Assembly: GCA_030390025.1 (NCBI GenBank)
Contig: CM059432.1
Coordinates: forward strand, 60,638,001-60,702,000
Source of the DNA: Squalus acanthias
Lineage: Eukaryota
DNA: 64,000 nt
Direction: 5' to 3'
A program made the translations under genes and the position numbers. Below are positions 36,620 through 50,796 of the stretch, in pieces; within the stretch, counting starts at the first letter, position 1, and each line of letters opens with the position of its first letter. The notes under the pieces were generated by a model, which saw nothing but the letters and a program-made list of their open reading frames with translations, searched no databases and was not told the origin of the DNA.

Positions 36620-39125
36620 TGACATTTCTTGATTTGAGGGGGAGGGGGTCAGGTGAGGGGAAATTTAGAAATCTAAAGAGAAAGGTCAAGGCAATAGAGC
36701 AGTGTAGCGATTTGGGTAAAAATAAGCAGAGTGTGACAGGAAGGGACAGAGAGTTTAACGGTAACAGTGCAGCAGAGAATAAGGTCAAAGCAGGGAATAA
36801 TAGTAAAAAATTTAGATTAAAGGCTCATTATCTGAATGCACGAAGCATTCGTAACAAGATAGATGAACTAGTGGCACAAATAGAGATAAATGGGTTTGAT
36901 CTAATAGCCATTACAGAGACATGGTTGCAAGGTGACCAAGGTTGGGAACTAAATGTTCCAGGGTACTTGACGTTTTGAAAAGACAGGCAGAATGGAAAAG
37001 GAGGGGAGTAGCCCTGATAATAAAGGATGACGTAAGGACAGTAGAGAGAAAGGATCTCGACTCGGAAGATCAGGAAGTAGAACCAGTATGGGTGGAGATA
37101 AGGAATAACAAGGGGCAGAAAACACTGGTGGGAGTAATATATAGGCCTCCTAACAGTAGCTATATCGTTGGACAGAATATTAATCAAGAAATAGTAGGAG
37201 CTTGTAACAAAAGTAACACAATAATTGTGGGGGACTTTAATCTTCATATAGACTGGACAAATCAAATTGACAAAAGTAGTCTGGAGGACGAGTTCATGGA
37301 ATGCATTCGGGACAGTTTCCTAGAACAATACGTCATGGAACCAACCAGGGTACAGGCTATTTTAGATCTTGTATTGTGTAATCAGACAGGGTTAATTAGC
37401 AATCTCATAGTAAAGAATCCTCTGGGGCAGAGTGATCATAATATGATAGAATTTCACATTAAGTTTGAGAGTGACTTGCCTAAATCCAAAACTAGATTCC
37501 TAAACTTAAATAAAGCCAATTACATAGGTATGAGGGGCGAGTTGGCTAAGGTAGATTGGAAAAATAGATTAAAAGGTCTGATGGTAGATAAGCAGTGGCT
37601 AGCATTTAAAGAAATAATTCATAATTCTCAACAAAAATACATTCCATTGAGAAACAAAAACTCCACGGGAAAAGTGATCCAACCATGGGTAACTAAAGAA
37701 GTTAAGGATAGCATTAGATTGAAAGAAGAAGCTTATAATGTTGTGAAGAATAGTTGTAAGCCTGAGCATTGGGAGAGTTTCAGAAGCCAGCAAAGGATGA
37801 CCAAAAAATTGATAAAAAGGGAAAAAATAGAATATAAGAGAAAACTAGCAAGAAATATAAATGCAGATTGTAAGAGCTTCTACAAGTATGTAAAAAGGAA
37901 GAGAGTAGCAAAAGTAAACTTGGTCCCTTAGAGGCTGAGACAGGAGAAATTATTATGGGGAATAAGGAAATGGCAGAAACGTTAAACAAATATTTTGTAT
38001 CTGTCTTCACAGTAGAAGACACAAAAAGCATACCAAAAATGGTGGGGAACCAAGGATCTAATGAGGGTGAGGAACTTAACATAATTAATATAAGTAGAGA
38101 AAAAGTACTAGAGAAACTAATGGGACTAAAAGCCGACAATTCCCCTGGACCTGACGGCCTACATCCTAGGGTTCTAAAAGAGGTGGCTGAAGAGATAGTG
38201 GATGCATTGGTTTTGATCTTCCAAAATTCCCAAGATTCTAGAATGGTCCCAGCGGATTGGAAGGTCGCAAATGTAACACCGCTATTCAAGAAAGGAGGGA
38301 GAGAAAAAACAGGTAACTACAGGTCAGTTAGCCTGACATCAGTCGTATGGTAAATGCTGGAATCCATTGTTAAGGACGTGGTATCAGGGCACTTAGAAAA
38401 TCATAACATGATTAGGCAGAGTCAACATGGTTTTCTGAAAGGCAAATTGTGTTTGACAAATTATTAGAGTTTTTTGAGGATGTAACTAGCAGGGTAGATA
38501 AAGAGGAACCAGTGGATGTAGTATATTTGGATTTCCAAAAGGCATTCGATAAGGTTCCACATAAAAGGTTATGACACAAGATTAGGGCTCATGGGGTTGG
38601 GAGTAATATAGTAGCATGGATAGAGGATTGGTTAACGGACAAAAAACAGAGAGTAGGGAATAAACGGATCTTTTTCAGTTTGGCAGGCTGTAACTAGTGA
38701 GGTGCCACAAGGATCAGTGTTGGGGCCTCAGCTATTTACAATCTATATTAATGACCTAGATGAAGGGACCGAGTGTAATGTATCCAAGTTTGCTGATGAT
38801 ACAAAGCTAGGTGGGACAGTAAGCTGTGCGGAGAGCACAAAGAGTCTGCAAAGGGATATAGATAGACTAAGTGAATGGGCAGTAAGGTGGCAGATGGAGT
38901 ATAATGTAGGGAAATGTGAGGTTATTCACTTGGTAGGAAGAATAGAAAAACAGAATATTTTTTAAATGGTGAGAAACTTTCAAATGTTGGTGTTCAGAGA
39001 GATTTGGGTGTCCTCGTTCAAGAAACACAGAAAGCTAGCATGCAGGTACAGTAAGCAATAAGGAAGGCAAATGGCATGTTGGTCTTTATTGCAAGGGGTT
39101 GGAGTATAAGAATAAGGAAGTCCCG
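36620..39125 (+). mobile_element. CR1 LINE ORF2 (APE endonuclease and RT), disrupted
   Basis: YLNARSIRNK...ITETW, GVIYRPP, GDFN, SDHN (36942-37931), PGPDG, PQGSVLGP...FADD. Confidence 0.95.
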
Positions 39126-39544
39126 TTTCATAAACTCATGCCCGAGATGATTGTGTCAAGTGGCCTTCTTCCACTATGCTGTATATAATGCCTCTTTCTA
39201 ATCCGCACTTTCATCAACAATAGATTTTTTTGTTACCTTCCCCATTAGAAAATGTTTCCAATCACAAGTTATCAATTTCTTGTCTTGTGTTCAAAATATT
39301 TGGAGTTGTTTCCTTTTTGGTTCCCATTGGCCTTTATATCAAGTGCTTCTCTTGAATGAGATTTGCTCCCAAACAATTTCTCTCAGAATTCAGCTATACC
39401 ATTTTGGAAAAGCAGAGAGAAAAATACTAATCTACAGAAAACGTGGAGCTGAGGTCTTATAATCAATATAGAAAATAACAGATGCCTGGAAATAGACCAC
39501 AATTAAGTAACCAAGTGAACTGTTGAATGGCTTATTCTGCACAA

Positions 39545-40232
39545 ACAACAACTTGCATCTATATAGCACTTTTAACATCGTAAAATGTCCCAAGGTGCTT
39601 CACCGGAGCGTTACCAAACAAAATTTGTCACCGAGCCACATAAGGGGATATTAGGACAGATGTCTTGGTCATAGAGGTAGGTTTTAAGGAGTGTCTTCAA
39701 AGAGGAGATAGAGGTAGAGAGGTTTAGGGAGGGAATTCGAGTGCTTAGGGCCTTGGCAGCTGAAGGCACAGCCACCAATGGTGGAGCAATTAAATTCAGG
39801 GATGCTCAAGAGGCCGGAATTGGAAGAGCGCAGAGATCTCGGAGGGTTGCAGGGCTGGAGGTGGTTACAGAGATAGGGAGGAGCGAGGCCATGGTGGGAT
39901 TTGAAAACAAGAATGAGAATTTTAAATTTGAGGTGATGCAGGACCAGGAGCCAATGTAGGTCAGTGAGCACAGGGGTGATGGGTGAACGGGACTTGGTCG
40001 GAGTTAGGATATGGGCAGCAGAATTTAGGATGAGCTCGAGTTTACATAGGGTGCAAGATGGGCAGCTGGCCAGGTGATCTTTGGAATAGTCGAGTCTGGA
40101 GGTAACAAAGGCATGGATGTGGGTTTCAGCAGCAGATGAGCTGAGGCAGGGGCAGAGACGGGTGATGTTACGGAGGTGGAAATAGCTGGTCTTGGTGATG
40201 GAGAGGATATGGGGTTGGAACCTCAGCTCAGC
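39545..40232 (-). mobile_element. L2 LINE 3' end
   Basis: ORF 39684-40238 FHLRNI...HAFVTSRLDY...LHWL, with L2 tail. Confidence 0.9.
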
Positions 40233-42922
40233 GAACAAACTATCATCGTGGCTATGGAGTAATGTTTTTTGACCCTTTCATTTTTTCCAATTTCTCTCCT
40301 TTTTCCCACAAAATGCAAGGTTATTTTCCCAAATTACTCCTCTCTTCTCTGTTGCTGTATGAAGAAAAGGGTCTCTCATCCTGGATACAGTTCCATCGTC
40401 ATCAGTAGCTCTCTGGTACCTTACCCAAGTGGTAACTTTTCATGTACAAACGTCAACAGTGAGTATCAGCAAGCTGTTTTCCTGTGAAAGGCTATGCTTA
40501 CTCTTATCCACATATGCACACTTTTCAACACAGCACATTGGACAGTGATCAGGAGCAGGAAGCTTAGCTTGGCTTTTTTTCCATTTCCTAATCTGGGAAC
40601 ACCGATACTAGATATGCCCTCATTTCCATCTGGTTTAAATCGGCTGATTGAACCTAAAACCTTCTTAATGAGTTGACATTATTTTTCCACTGACATTATT
40701 TTGCACTTCAGTTGAACCAATTCTGGACTCTCTTACCACTACAAACTAGACAATCAGTTCAAAAATATATATATTAAAATAAAGAGAGCACATTGGAAGA
40801 AAATGGTTGACAATATTAAATCACTACTGTTCTAGTAGTTTGAAAAAATGTTGGTAGCAACTCCGTGATAGTATTAACCATTAAACATAAACCACACTAA
40901 ACACAGCTTAGATAAGACTCTAAGTAATGGAAAGAATGTTTGAGAAGTTTATTATTCTCACATGCCGCTCAAGATTGGATCAATACTTTGTATTAAATGG
41001 AGGATAGTGAATCCTTCCAAAATAACTGGGTTTCCTGAATGTTCCTGCATCCCAGGCTGATATTGTGTGAGATCTTGGGCTTGGGCCCAGGCATGGAGAA
41101 CGCGTGCCTGAAGAGTCCCGAGGCCATCTCAGAATTGGGCCTCGGGTCTCGTCAACATGTTTGGGGCGAGCTGCCAGCGCCTATCGCTCCTCCACAGGCA
41201 TGTCGCCTCATGGGAAAATGAATTTCTGGCTGACCGGTAAGTTCCGGGAGTGAGGGTTGGATCGTGCAACAGGGATGCTGATCGTCAGGATTGTGAAGCA
41301 GGGTGGGGGGGCATTCCTGCTCCTCCTGCTCCACAGGTTTTTAAAACGTTTTTTATAAACTTGCCTTTAGTTGGTGGCCACGGGGGCCGCTGAAGAATTC
41401 TGAGCGGAGCAGCCCCGGCGCCTGCCCCACTCATCAGGAACACATTGTATAGTGTGGTTCTTTAACAGGCATTCGGCCGCTCATTGATATATTTATGGGG
41501 CCTAATGCCTGTTTTAGTCATCTGCCCTGGGACACCTAAAAATGGTAATCTTAAATTCAGCAGTGGGATCAATGCCTGCACAGAATGGGCGCAGGCTGCC
41601 CAACTGCTAAAGTGGCTGTTTTACACCCAAACAACAGGTGCAATGCATACCAATTTCTAACCCCTTACATTGTAGCTCTATATCCTGTAAGGATCCTTTG
41701 GGATCATATATTAAAGCACAATCCAGTGAGGTCCTACATCCAGCCCAATATTCTCTGCAAAGTATCTTGGAAATTTTCCTATGTTAACTATATATAAATG
41801 ATAGTTGCTGTTAAGATGACATATTATAGCCGACATTTTAAAGGTTGATGGGTAATGGGTTGATTTTTGTACAGACTGTGGCTGTTGGTATGGTCTCTCA
41901 CAGCTAGTTCTTTCTGTGTTCTCAATACATGATGACCGTCACACCGAAAGATTCAATTTGTGACATCAGCTCTACACGCACATCAAGAAACAAAAGTTAA
42001 AAAAATATTGATTACCAGGAGTTTCAGCAGCCAATATGTAATATCATTTTCAGAGCTCTAACCATTTTAACACTTGGTCTGCGAAAGCCAAATTATGAAA
42101 GTTTTATTGTAATTGTCGATTTTGGGGTCAAGATTTTTCAGCAGGTGGAAAGGAGAGTTGTTATCAGTTTGAGTAGCAGATGGATATTCTGTTGTGTTGC
42201 TATGGTTACAGTAATTATTTAATTATGTATGTCAGGACTTAGAACTAATAAAAGCTGAAACTGTACAGTTGTAAAATTTTATTTATGAAATCCACCCTCA
42301 GAACAGAATATCAACAACTCCTAGAGGAGCCACTGTTCCAAGAAATATGCTCATTGGAAAGAGGAAAATAATAAAAATTCAGTATTATATAAATACCCAA
42401 TGTATTTGGGACACAGCAGTAGTGAATCTGCCCCAGAGGTACCACCAAATCTAACATGCCCAGTCCATTAGCAGGTAAAGAAAGGTTTATCCACATTGGG
42501 GTTATGTGCTGCACTGAATAATTGGCAATAGTTATCAGAATAGAAACAAAAAGCTATTTCCCTCTCCTTAGAACTGTATTGTCTTCATAACAAGCCTTCC
42601 AGTATCTGACCACAGAAAGCAAGGAGTGAATGAAGGTTGTAATCTAATCCTTATAAACTGCCCAGGCTTCACGCTAATGGCTTTGATCATACCTCAAATC
42701 CTGTATTAGATTACAGCCTTGTAACTCCGTCTCAGTTATCAAAATAAATAAATATTGCTGCACCCATTGACAAAGTAATATACTATAATCTAGTTTTTTT
42801 AGCTTTACAGCGGCTGATTGTTGTCATAATAATAGTAAATTATCTGATAAATCTGCTCCCGTTCTTTGGTTAGAAGCTCTGCCATGTACTTAGGGGATTG
42901 AAATATTAGTCAAGGCTCTTTA

Positions 42923-43106
42923 GGGGTAATAGTCACCTTCACCGCTTGGGTGGTAAACTGGTGGAGCAGTTCACCCACCCATTATAGAACATGCCCGATT
43001 TTAATTTCCGTTCAAACCAATTGAATGAAAATCAGGTGGGTTCTACAATGAGCAGGCGATCAGCTCCGCCAGTTTACTACCCAAGCAACGAAGTGAAAAT
43101 TATCCA
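42923..43106. mobile_element. Palindromic MITE
   Basis: gcttgggtggtaaactggtggagc versus gctccgccagtttactacccaagc; cattatagaac versus gttctacaatg. Confidence 0.75.
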
Positions 43107-43421
43107 TTTTAAACTTAGGCTTGCTAGAAGACTGCATAGTAAATCATTACAGCATAAAAGGAGGTGAGACAAGAACTCTGAGATTTTTTGCATTAAACAA
43201 AAGTAATTAAAATGTTCTGACACTTGTTATACATAGTATTGTTAAAAAAATATTCAGCACATGCAGCAGCTACCACTAACCTCTCTGGCTTCAACTAAAT
43301 AATGGGAACAATAATAGCCAGTGTTGTGACATGCCTAATAATTATAGAGGAAGGTTTCTGTTGGATTAGCTTGTCTAGTTTAGTTTAACCTAATGTAGTA
43401 ATGGTCACACAATGGCTTACT

Positions 43422-44226
43422 TAAGAACATAAGAAATAGGAGCAGGAGTAGGCCATTTGGCCTTTCGAGCCTGCTCCGTCATTCAATAAGATCATTGCTG
43501 ATCTTCTACCTCATCTCCACTTTTCTGCACTATTCCCATATCCCTTAATATTCAAAAATCTATCAATCTCTATCTTGAGTATACTCAACGACTGAGCCTC
43601 CATAGCCCTCTGGGGTAGAGAATTCCAAAGGTTCACCACCCTCTGAGTGAAGAAATTCCTCCTCATCTCAGTCCTAAATGGCCGACCCCTTATTCTGAGA
43701 CTGTGACCCCTGGTTCTAGACTCCCCAGCCAGGGGAAACATCCTCCCTGCATCTACCCTGTCAAGCTCTGTAAGAATTTTGTATGTTTCAATGAGATCAC
43801 CTCTCATTCTTCTAAACTTTAGCGAATATAGGCCTAGTCTACTCAGTCTCTCCTCACAGGACAATCCCCCCATCCCAGGAACCAGTCTGGTGAACCTTCG
43901 TATCACTCCCTCTATGGCAAGTATATCCTTCCTTCAGTAAGGAGACCAAAACTGTATACAATATTCCAGGTGTGGTCTCACCAGGGCCCTATATAATTGC
44001 AGTAAGACGTCTTTACTCTTATACTCAAATCCTCTTATAATAAATGCCAACATACCATTTCCTTTCCTAATTGATTGCTGTACCTGCATGTTAACTTTCA
44101 GTGATTCGTGTACAAGGACACCCAGATCCTTCTGAACGCCAACATTTCCCAATCTCTCACTATTTAAAAAATATTCTGCTTTTCTATTTTTCCTACCAAA
44201 GTGGATCATTTCACATTTCTCCACTT
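43422..44226 (-). mobile_element. CR1 3' end
   Basis: ORFs 43511-43906 and 43934-44248; taagaacataag tail. Confidence 0.92.
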
Positions 44227-45199
44227 CTCCAGTTACAGCACATAACATCCACCTCCTGCTTGGAGAAACTGGTGTGATATAATTTTTATATGTATTTGTA
44301 CATCTCCCGTGATGCTGCTTGCAGATATTTATTTTTTTAATTTAGTATTGAGTACACCTCAGCAAGTTATAAATCCAATCCTATATCATACAATTCTAGG
44401 AATTATTTTATTTTAACATTAATAATAAGCATTTAAGTCTATAACTCCTGCTTCAAGTTTAATATCTTGCTTCTTGAAATCTGTTAGCTGCAAAAAATAT
44501 AGATTTTTTTCTGAAGGGCAAAGGACTATAATAGTGACTGAATTCTTTTTGGTGCCTGCCCCACTAATCCCAATTGATTTGGACTCTATCATATCTCCTA
44601 TCCCATTGGTCCCATCCCTGTGAATGGAACACATCAAGCCAATCAGACAGCTCAGATATGATCTTACAAATTGATTTTTTTTTTACTATTTAGATAAATG
44701 TGAATATTGTATGCTTCACATAAACAGGCCAATGATGCATTGTGGTGCTATTGTGTTAGTGGAAGAAGAAAATGCATGCCTTTAAAGATTCTTCTTGTTG
44801 TGAGATTTGCTTTTGCGCTCCCCTATTGGCTCAACAAAGAAATCCAGTGAGTAGAATAATAATCATCATACAGTTTTGCTCCACAAAATTTTTTGTTGTA
44901 GTTCGTTATGCAAAAAAGACCAGCCTACCTAGTCAAAAGCTTTCTTAGCATCCGCTAATGTGAATGGATGCATTATCTTGGAAAGAATCTCAAGATTGAG
45001 TACTGAAATTGGCAAATAGGATGCAGAATTCAAAGGATCTTTATCCATTTTTGTGATTATTCAACATGCTTTATTACTTGTGAGTAGCACAAATAATTTT
45101 CTTTCTGATATTCCCATTCCTATTGGCGATATAATCTATTACCCATATGGTACTTCCCTTTTATGGATTAAAACTATCGAGCTAGAATTTTTAATTTTT

Positions 45200-45350
45200 T
45201 TTAATTTATTCATTCACGGTATGTGGGTGTTGCTGCCAAGGCCAGCATTTATTGCCCATCTCTAATTGCCCTTGAGAAGGTGATGGTGAGCCACCTACTT
45301 GAACCGCTGCAGTCATGTGGTGAAGGTGCTCCAACAGTTCTGTTAGGTAA
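45200..45350 (-). mobile_element. 3' tail fragment of the second LINE/SINE family
   Basis: ccagcatttattgcccatc...ttgaaccgctgcagtc. Confidence 0.75.
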
Positions 45351-45654
45351 TTAAATTGCATCCAGTGATTAGGATGGCTCTTAAAATTTGGGGACATTAT
45401 GGAAATGTAGGAGTCTCATCAGGTCTATCAAGAAATGACCCATGATCATGCTACATCATCTCTTGAATCAAACTGGGCTGATCATTCCCAAGTGGTGTGG
45501 TCACAGTATTTATGTAAATCATTTGTTTCAAGGAGCTGTTCTTAGATCACTTGCATGGTTAAAAATGAATAAGACTTGCAATAGCATGTCTTTTGTTTTT
45601 GGATTTTGTCAATGTCATTCTACAATGCATAATGATGAAACACTGTAGTCATGG

Positions 45655-45845
45655 CACAAAAACAAAAATTGTTGGAAATACACATTGAGTTAGTTAGCAT
45701 CTGAAAGTAAACCGGTTAATGGTTACAGTAGAAACCCTTTGTCAGAATGGCATAAACCAACTTCTCTTTCAGATGCTGACTAACCTGCTATGTATTCCAA
45801 GCATTTCCTTATTTTTATTTCAGGTGTCCCAACACTCGTGTTTTG
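45655..45845. mobile_element. Decayed inverted Penelope pLTR pair
   Basis: gttagttagcatctgaaag versus ctttcagatgctgactaac; resembles 55808-55935. Confidence 0.55.
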
Positions 45846-47550
45846 TCTTTAATTTCTATTATGGTCATGGGACACAATGTATGCTCTTAGACTGCATTTA
45901 GATTTATAATATAACTAGCAGATCTCCTGTGGCATTGCCCACATTGAGTCAGAGGATATGCTAAAGTGTGTCGCTTACAGGAAGTGTGTGCTATATGTAA
46001 AACTTTCTATGTATTTTAGATATAGTAGAAGATCTCCTGAGTTACTGTTCATGGTAAGGTGAAAGATACATTGTTTACAAGAACAAGAGCATCATATCAT
46101 GTAATGCACAATGTACTATTCTGTTGTCTATATGGCGTTGCATATAATTTGGTCTGTCCCTTTAAGGCCACAAAGTCTAATTGCTGTAAACAAGCAAACC
46201 TTGAGTCACTTACAGGGTAATTGTTTCTCTGTAGATTATCAGCTGCTTGTAAATCCTTGACTTCACTCCAAATAAAAACCTGACAGAAAATGGCAACATT
46301 CATTTTTTATACTTTTGACACTTTGAAGTATGACATCTGAAATGTGATGGGTGCACTCAAAACATGGGACTTTTAATTGGATAAATAGATAGAATCCCTT
46401 GATGATCTTTCAACATTTGGAGTAGATGATTATTTGGTCAGATAACCTAATTGTCAGTAGGGGAGTATAGGTGACTGACAAATGGATATTTTCCTTATGA
46501 ATTAATCTGTACAACTATCTCATTGGATATTATCACCATTTTGGAAATTAACTATAACAGTTCTCTCTGCTGCTCTGCTCCTTTCTCTATTCATACTTTC
46601 ACATTTTCATCCATTGACCTGTATCTGCCATCTAGCTGCCCACCCTGCTAGCCTATTGATGTCATCCTGCAGTCTTTCATAATCCTCATCACAATTTGCC
46701 ATATCCCTAATTTGGTGTCTTCAGCGAATTTCAATATTGATCCTTCAATTCCAGATCATTTATGTATATTAGAAATATGTGTGGCCCCAACACAGACCTC
46801 TGTGAAACATGACTCATCACACCTTTCCATAACTTTGTTTTATATGGCACCCAGCAGCGATATAGAACCCGTTATAGCATGACACGTAATATAAAGAATG
46901 TCCATCACATGGTTTCTTGGTTAGTAAAGAAAGCATAAATGGTGTACTATGTCAGGTGCTGTTAGGTTATGATGAGGGACCTAATTAGCAATTAAAATTA
47001 AATTAGTGCAGGAATACTCGGAACATTTGGCCATTGTTAGGCCAGTCATTCCTTTTTATGTACAGTTCCATCACATTTTGCTGATTTCATGGGAGTAGTG
47101 TTATAATGCTTCTGGATAATGTTCAAGTGTAAATATAAGTGCAGTGCTAGACTGTACTGGAATTTTCAACACGGTATGTTTCCTTGAGACTGCTATTAGC
47201 AAGTAAATGGAGAATATCTGGAAGAGACATTTCCCATGGGAGAAGGAGGGAAAGCATTCTTTAGATTAAAAATACTTTCATTTGATGGTAATATTCTATT
47301 TAAATGTTGGGCAGGCATTAGTGCTACAAGCAGTATTGTTATCAGAAAAAGCAAACAAAAAGGCTCGAGTTAAGATAATTGGGTTCCTGACAAAACTGAT
47401 GAAAACCCTTGAGGATAATGCTGAGCAGAACTGTTATAGCTAATCACTAAAATGGTAATCATGTACTTAAGGAAAAATGTGATCTGCGATAGAAAAAAGC
47501 ACAGTTTTGTAGCTCAAAGGTTCATCCTTTAATTTTTATGTAATTAATAG

Positions 47551-47668
47551 GCATTGAAGCAGCAACAGAAGAGGAGGATTGGTGTTTCTATGATGATGAA
47601 CAAGGCCATTCCTTGTGTCGTTCTGACACCACTAAAAGTATCAGAGGAGCACTCAGAATCACCATCTG
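47551..47668 (+). CDS. ASXL3: ASXL3 internal coding exon (equivalent to human exon 6), 118 nt, phase 0 to phase 1
   Basis: Acceptor tttttatgtaattaatag and donor TG|gtaagt. Translates [39 protein letters not shown] versus recalled human [39 protein letters not shown]. In frame with the 20545-20672 exon. Confidence 0.95.
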
Positions 47669-48619
47669 GTAAGTAGCAATTCTGAATGGACTTTAGTGTT
47701 TTAACTAATTTTCTTATGGAAATTAGCTGGAAAATAATAACTGTTTTAAAATTCAGGTCAGCGACATAAAGATGCTGATTTATCAAAGTGGTGTGGTGGC
47801 ACAGCTTGTACTAGGTTTGCACCATGAGATTTTCCACATAGCAAGTTCCCAAACTCAGTAGAGTTGCTCGGTGGAGAAAGTACATAAAACTATTTTTAAA
47901 AGATTAACAGAAAAGGATATACAAAGGCGAGTACTTTTTGTTCAAAGTAATACCCGTTATTATATAGAAACAAAGCAAACTGCCACATGCATTGTTTGTA
48001 TGTTATAAACAATCTTTGTATAACAAATGCTATTAACATGTTCACTAGTAAATGAACAGGTTGCTGCAGTTTCTAATTAGAAAATGCATTTTTTGTACAG
48101 CAGTGTCAGATTTACAGCTCTATTTTCCATTTTGGCAGCTTAAGTCTATCACTTCACAGTTGGTTCTTCTATGGAAAAAGCTCATCAAATAAGAGTGAGA
48201 TGATGATCTGGAACTATCTGTCAACACTGGCCCCAAAGCTAAGATGCCAGCCATTTGAGCTTCCATGGCAGCAGAGGCTCCATCATAGTGGGCGCCACTG
48301 TCACGTTTATGGAGCTAACCGCTCAGTCCATGTTGGACAGAATGGCCTCCATGCCCTACACAAAGCCTTGACACAAGTTGCAATCCTCTGCTCTGCGACA
48401 TTGTGCGCAAGTTTGCTGACCGACTGCCCAGTGCAGTTAGCATTTCCTGGTGTATGCCCATCAGCCCCCTTTGATAACCTGGTCCCTCAGAGTGCTCTGC
48501 AGCAGAGCTAGTAGATAAATCACTGGTTAGGCCCCAGCTGGAGTATTGTGTCCAATTCTGGGCACCACACTTTAGGAAGGATGTCAAGGCCTTAGAGAGG
48601 GTACAGAGGAGATGAACCA

Positions 48620-50340
48620 GGAGGGAGAGAGAAAACACGGAACTACAGGCCAGTTAGCCTGACATCAGTCGTCGAGAAAATGCTGGAATCCATTATTAAG
48701 GAAGTGCTAACATGGCACTTAGAAAATCATAATATGATTAGGTAGAGTCAACATGGTTTTATCCAAGCAAAATCGTGTTTGACAAATCTGTTAGAATTTT
48801 TTGAGGTTGTACCTAGCAGAATAGATGAAGGGGAACCAGTGGTTGTGGTGTATTTGGATTTCCAAAAGACATGCAATAAGGTGCCACATAAAAGATTGTT
48901 ACGCAAGGTAAGGACTCATGGGGTTGGTGGTAATCTATTAGCATGGATAAAGGATTGGTTAATGGACAGAGAACACACAGTAGGGATAAACGGGTCATTT
49001 TCAGGTTGGCAGGCTGTAACTAGTGGGGTGCTGCAAGGATCAGTGCTTGGGCCTCAGCTATTTACAATCTATATTAATGACTTGGATGAAGGGACCGAAT
49101 GTAATGTATCCAAGTTTGCTGACAATACAAAGCTAGGTGGGAAAATAAGCTGTGAGGAACATAAGAGCATAAGAAATAGGAGCAGGAGTAGGCCATTCGA
49201 CCCATCGAACCTGCTCCGCCATTCAATTAGATCATGGCTGATCTTCTACCTCAACTCCACTTTCCTGCACTATCCCCATATCCCTTGATTCCCTTAATAT
49301 CCAAAAATCTATCAATCTCTGTCTTGATATACTCAACGACTGAGCCTCCACAGCCCTCTGGGGTAGAGAATTCCAAAGATTCACAACCCTCTGAGTGAAG
49401 AAATTTCTCCTCATCTCAGTCCTAAATGGTCAACCCCTTATTCTGAGACTGTGACCCCTGGTTCGAGACTCCCCAGCCAGGGGAAACATCCATCCTACAT
49501 CTACCTTGTCAAGCCCTGTAAGAATTTTGTATGTTTCAATGAGATCACCTCTCAATCTTCTAAACTTTAGAGAATATAGGCCTAGTTTCTCCAGGAGGAC
49601 ACAAAGAGCCTGCAAAGGAATATAGACAGGTTAAGTGAGTGGGCAATAAGGTAGCAGATGGAGTATAATGTGGGGAAATGTGAGGTTATTCACTTTGGTA
49701 GGAAGAATAGAAAAACAGAATGTTTTTTAAATGGTGAGAAACTATTAAATGTTGGTGTTCAGAGAGATTTAGGTGTCCTCGTACAGGAAACACAGAAAGT
49801 TAGCATGCAGGTACAGCAAGCAATTAGGAAGGCAAATGGCATGTTGGCTTTTATTGCAAGGGGGTTGGAGTACAAGAGTAAGGAAGTTTTGCTACAATTG
49901 TACAGGGCTTTGGTGAGACCACACTTGGCGTACTGTGCACAGTTTTGGTCTCCTTATCTGAGGATGGATATACTTGCCTTGGAGGCGGTGCAATGAAGGT
50001 TCACTAGATTGATTCCTGGGATGAGAGGGTTGTCCAATGAGGAGAGATTGAGTAGATTGGGCCTATACTCTCTGGTGTTTAGAGAATGAGAGGTGATCTC
50101 ATTGAAACATGAGATTTTGAGTGAGATTGACAGGGTAGATGCTGAGAGGTTGTTTCCCCTGGCTGGAGAGTCTAAAACTAGGGGGCATAGTTTCAGGATA
50201 AGTGGTCGGCCATTTTTGACTGAGATGAGGAGGAATTTCATCACTCAGAGGGTTGTGAATTTTTAGAATTATCTACCTCAAAGGGTTATGGTTACTGAAT
50301 CATTGAGTATATTCAAGGCTGAGGTAGATAGATTTCTAGG
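48620..50340 (+). mobile_element. CR1 RT region with an antisense CR1 3' end nested at 49159-49591
   Basis: ORFs 48779-49288 and 49658-49996; host sequence agctgtgagga|ggacacaaagag is split by the insert. Confidence 0.9.
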
Positions 50341-50796
50341 GTGATCAAGGGATATGGAGAAACTTTTAAGTGCCTCCTCTTTATCTTTATCCTTTCCAAT
50401 TTCTCTGCTACCTCCTCCTTTACTGTGACATTGGCAGCATCCTCTTCAATGAAGATAGATGTAAACTACTCATTTAGTACCTCACATGCCCTCTGCCTCC
50501 ATAAGAAGATCTCCCTTTTGGTCCCTAATCGGGACTACCCTTTTACTATTTATAAGTTTATAAAAATCTTTTGGTTTCCCATTTATGTTACCCGCTAATC
50601 TATTCTCATATACTCTCTTTGCCCCCCTTTTTCAGTTCTCTCCTGTACTTTTTGTATTTAGCTTGGATCTCTATTCAATTATGAATCCAACATTTATCAT
50701 AAGCTTCCTTTGTCTGTTTCATTTTAATCTCTATATATTTAGTCATCCAGGGAGCTGTAGCTTTGAATGACCTTCCTTTCCCCCTTGTGGGAATGT

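Noticed and set aside
41028..41665. GC-rich island suggesting an internal promoter
   Set aside because: Ends (…aatttctaacccc) and motifs resemble local MITEs; boundaries could not be established.
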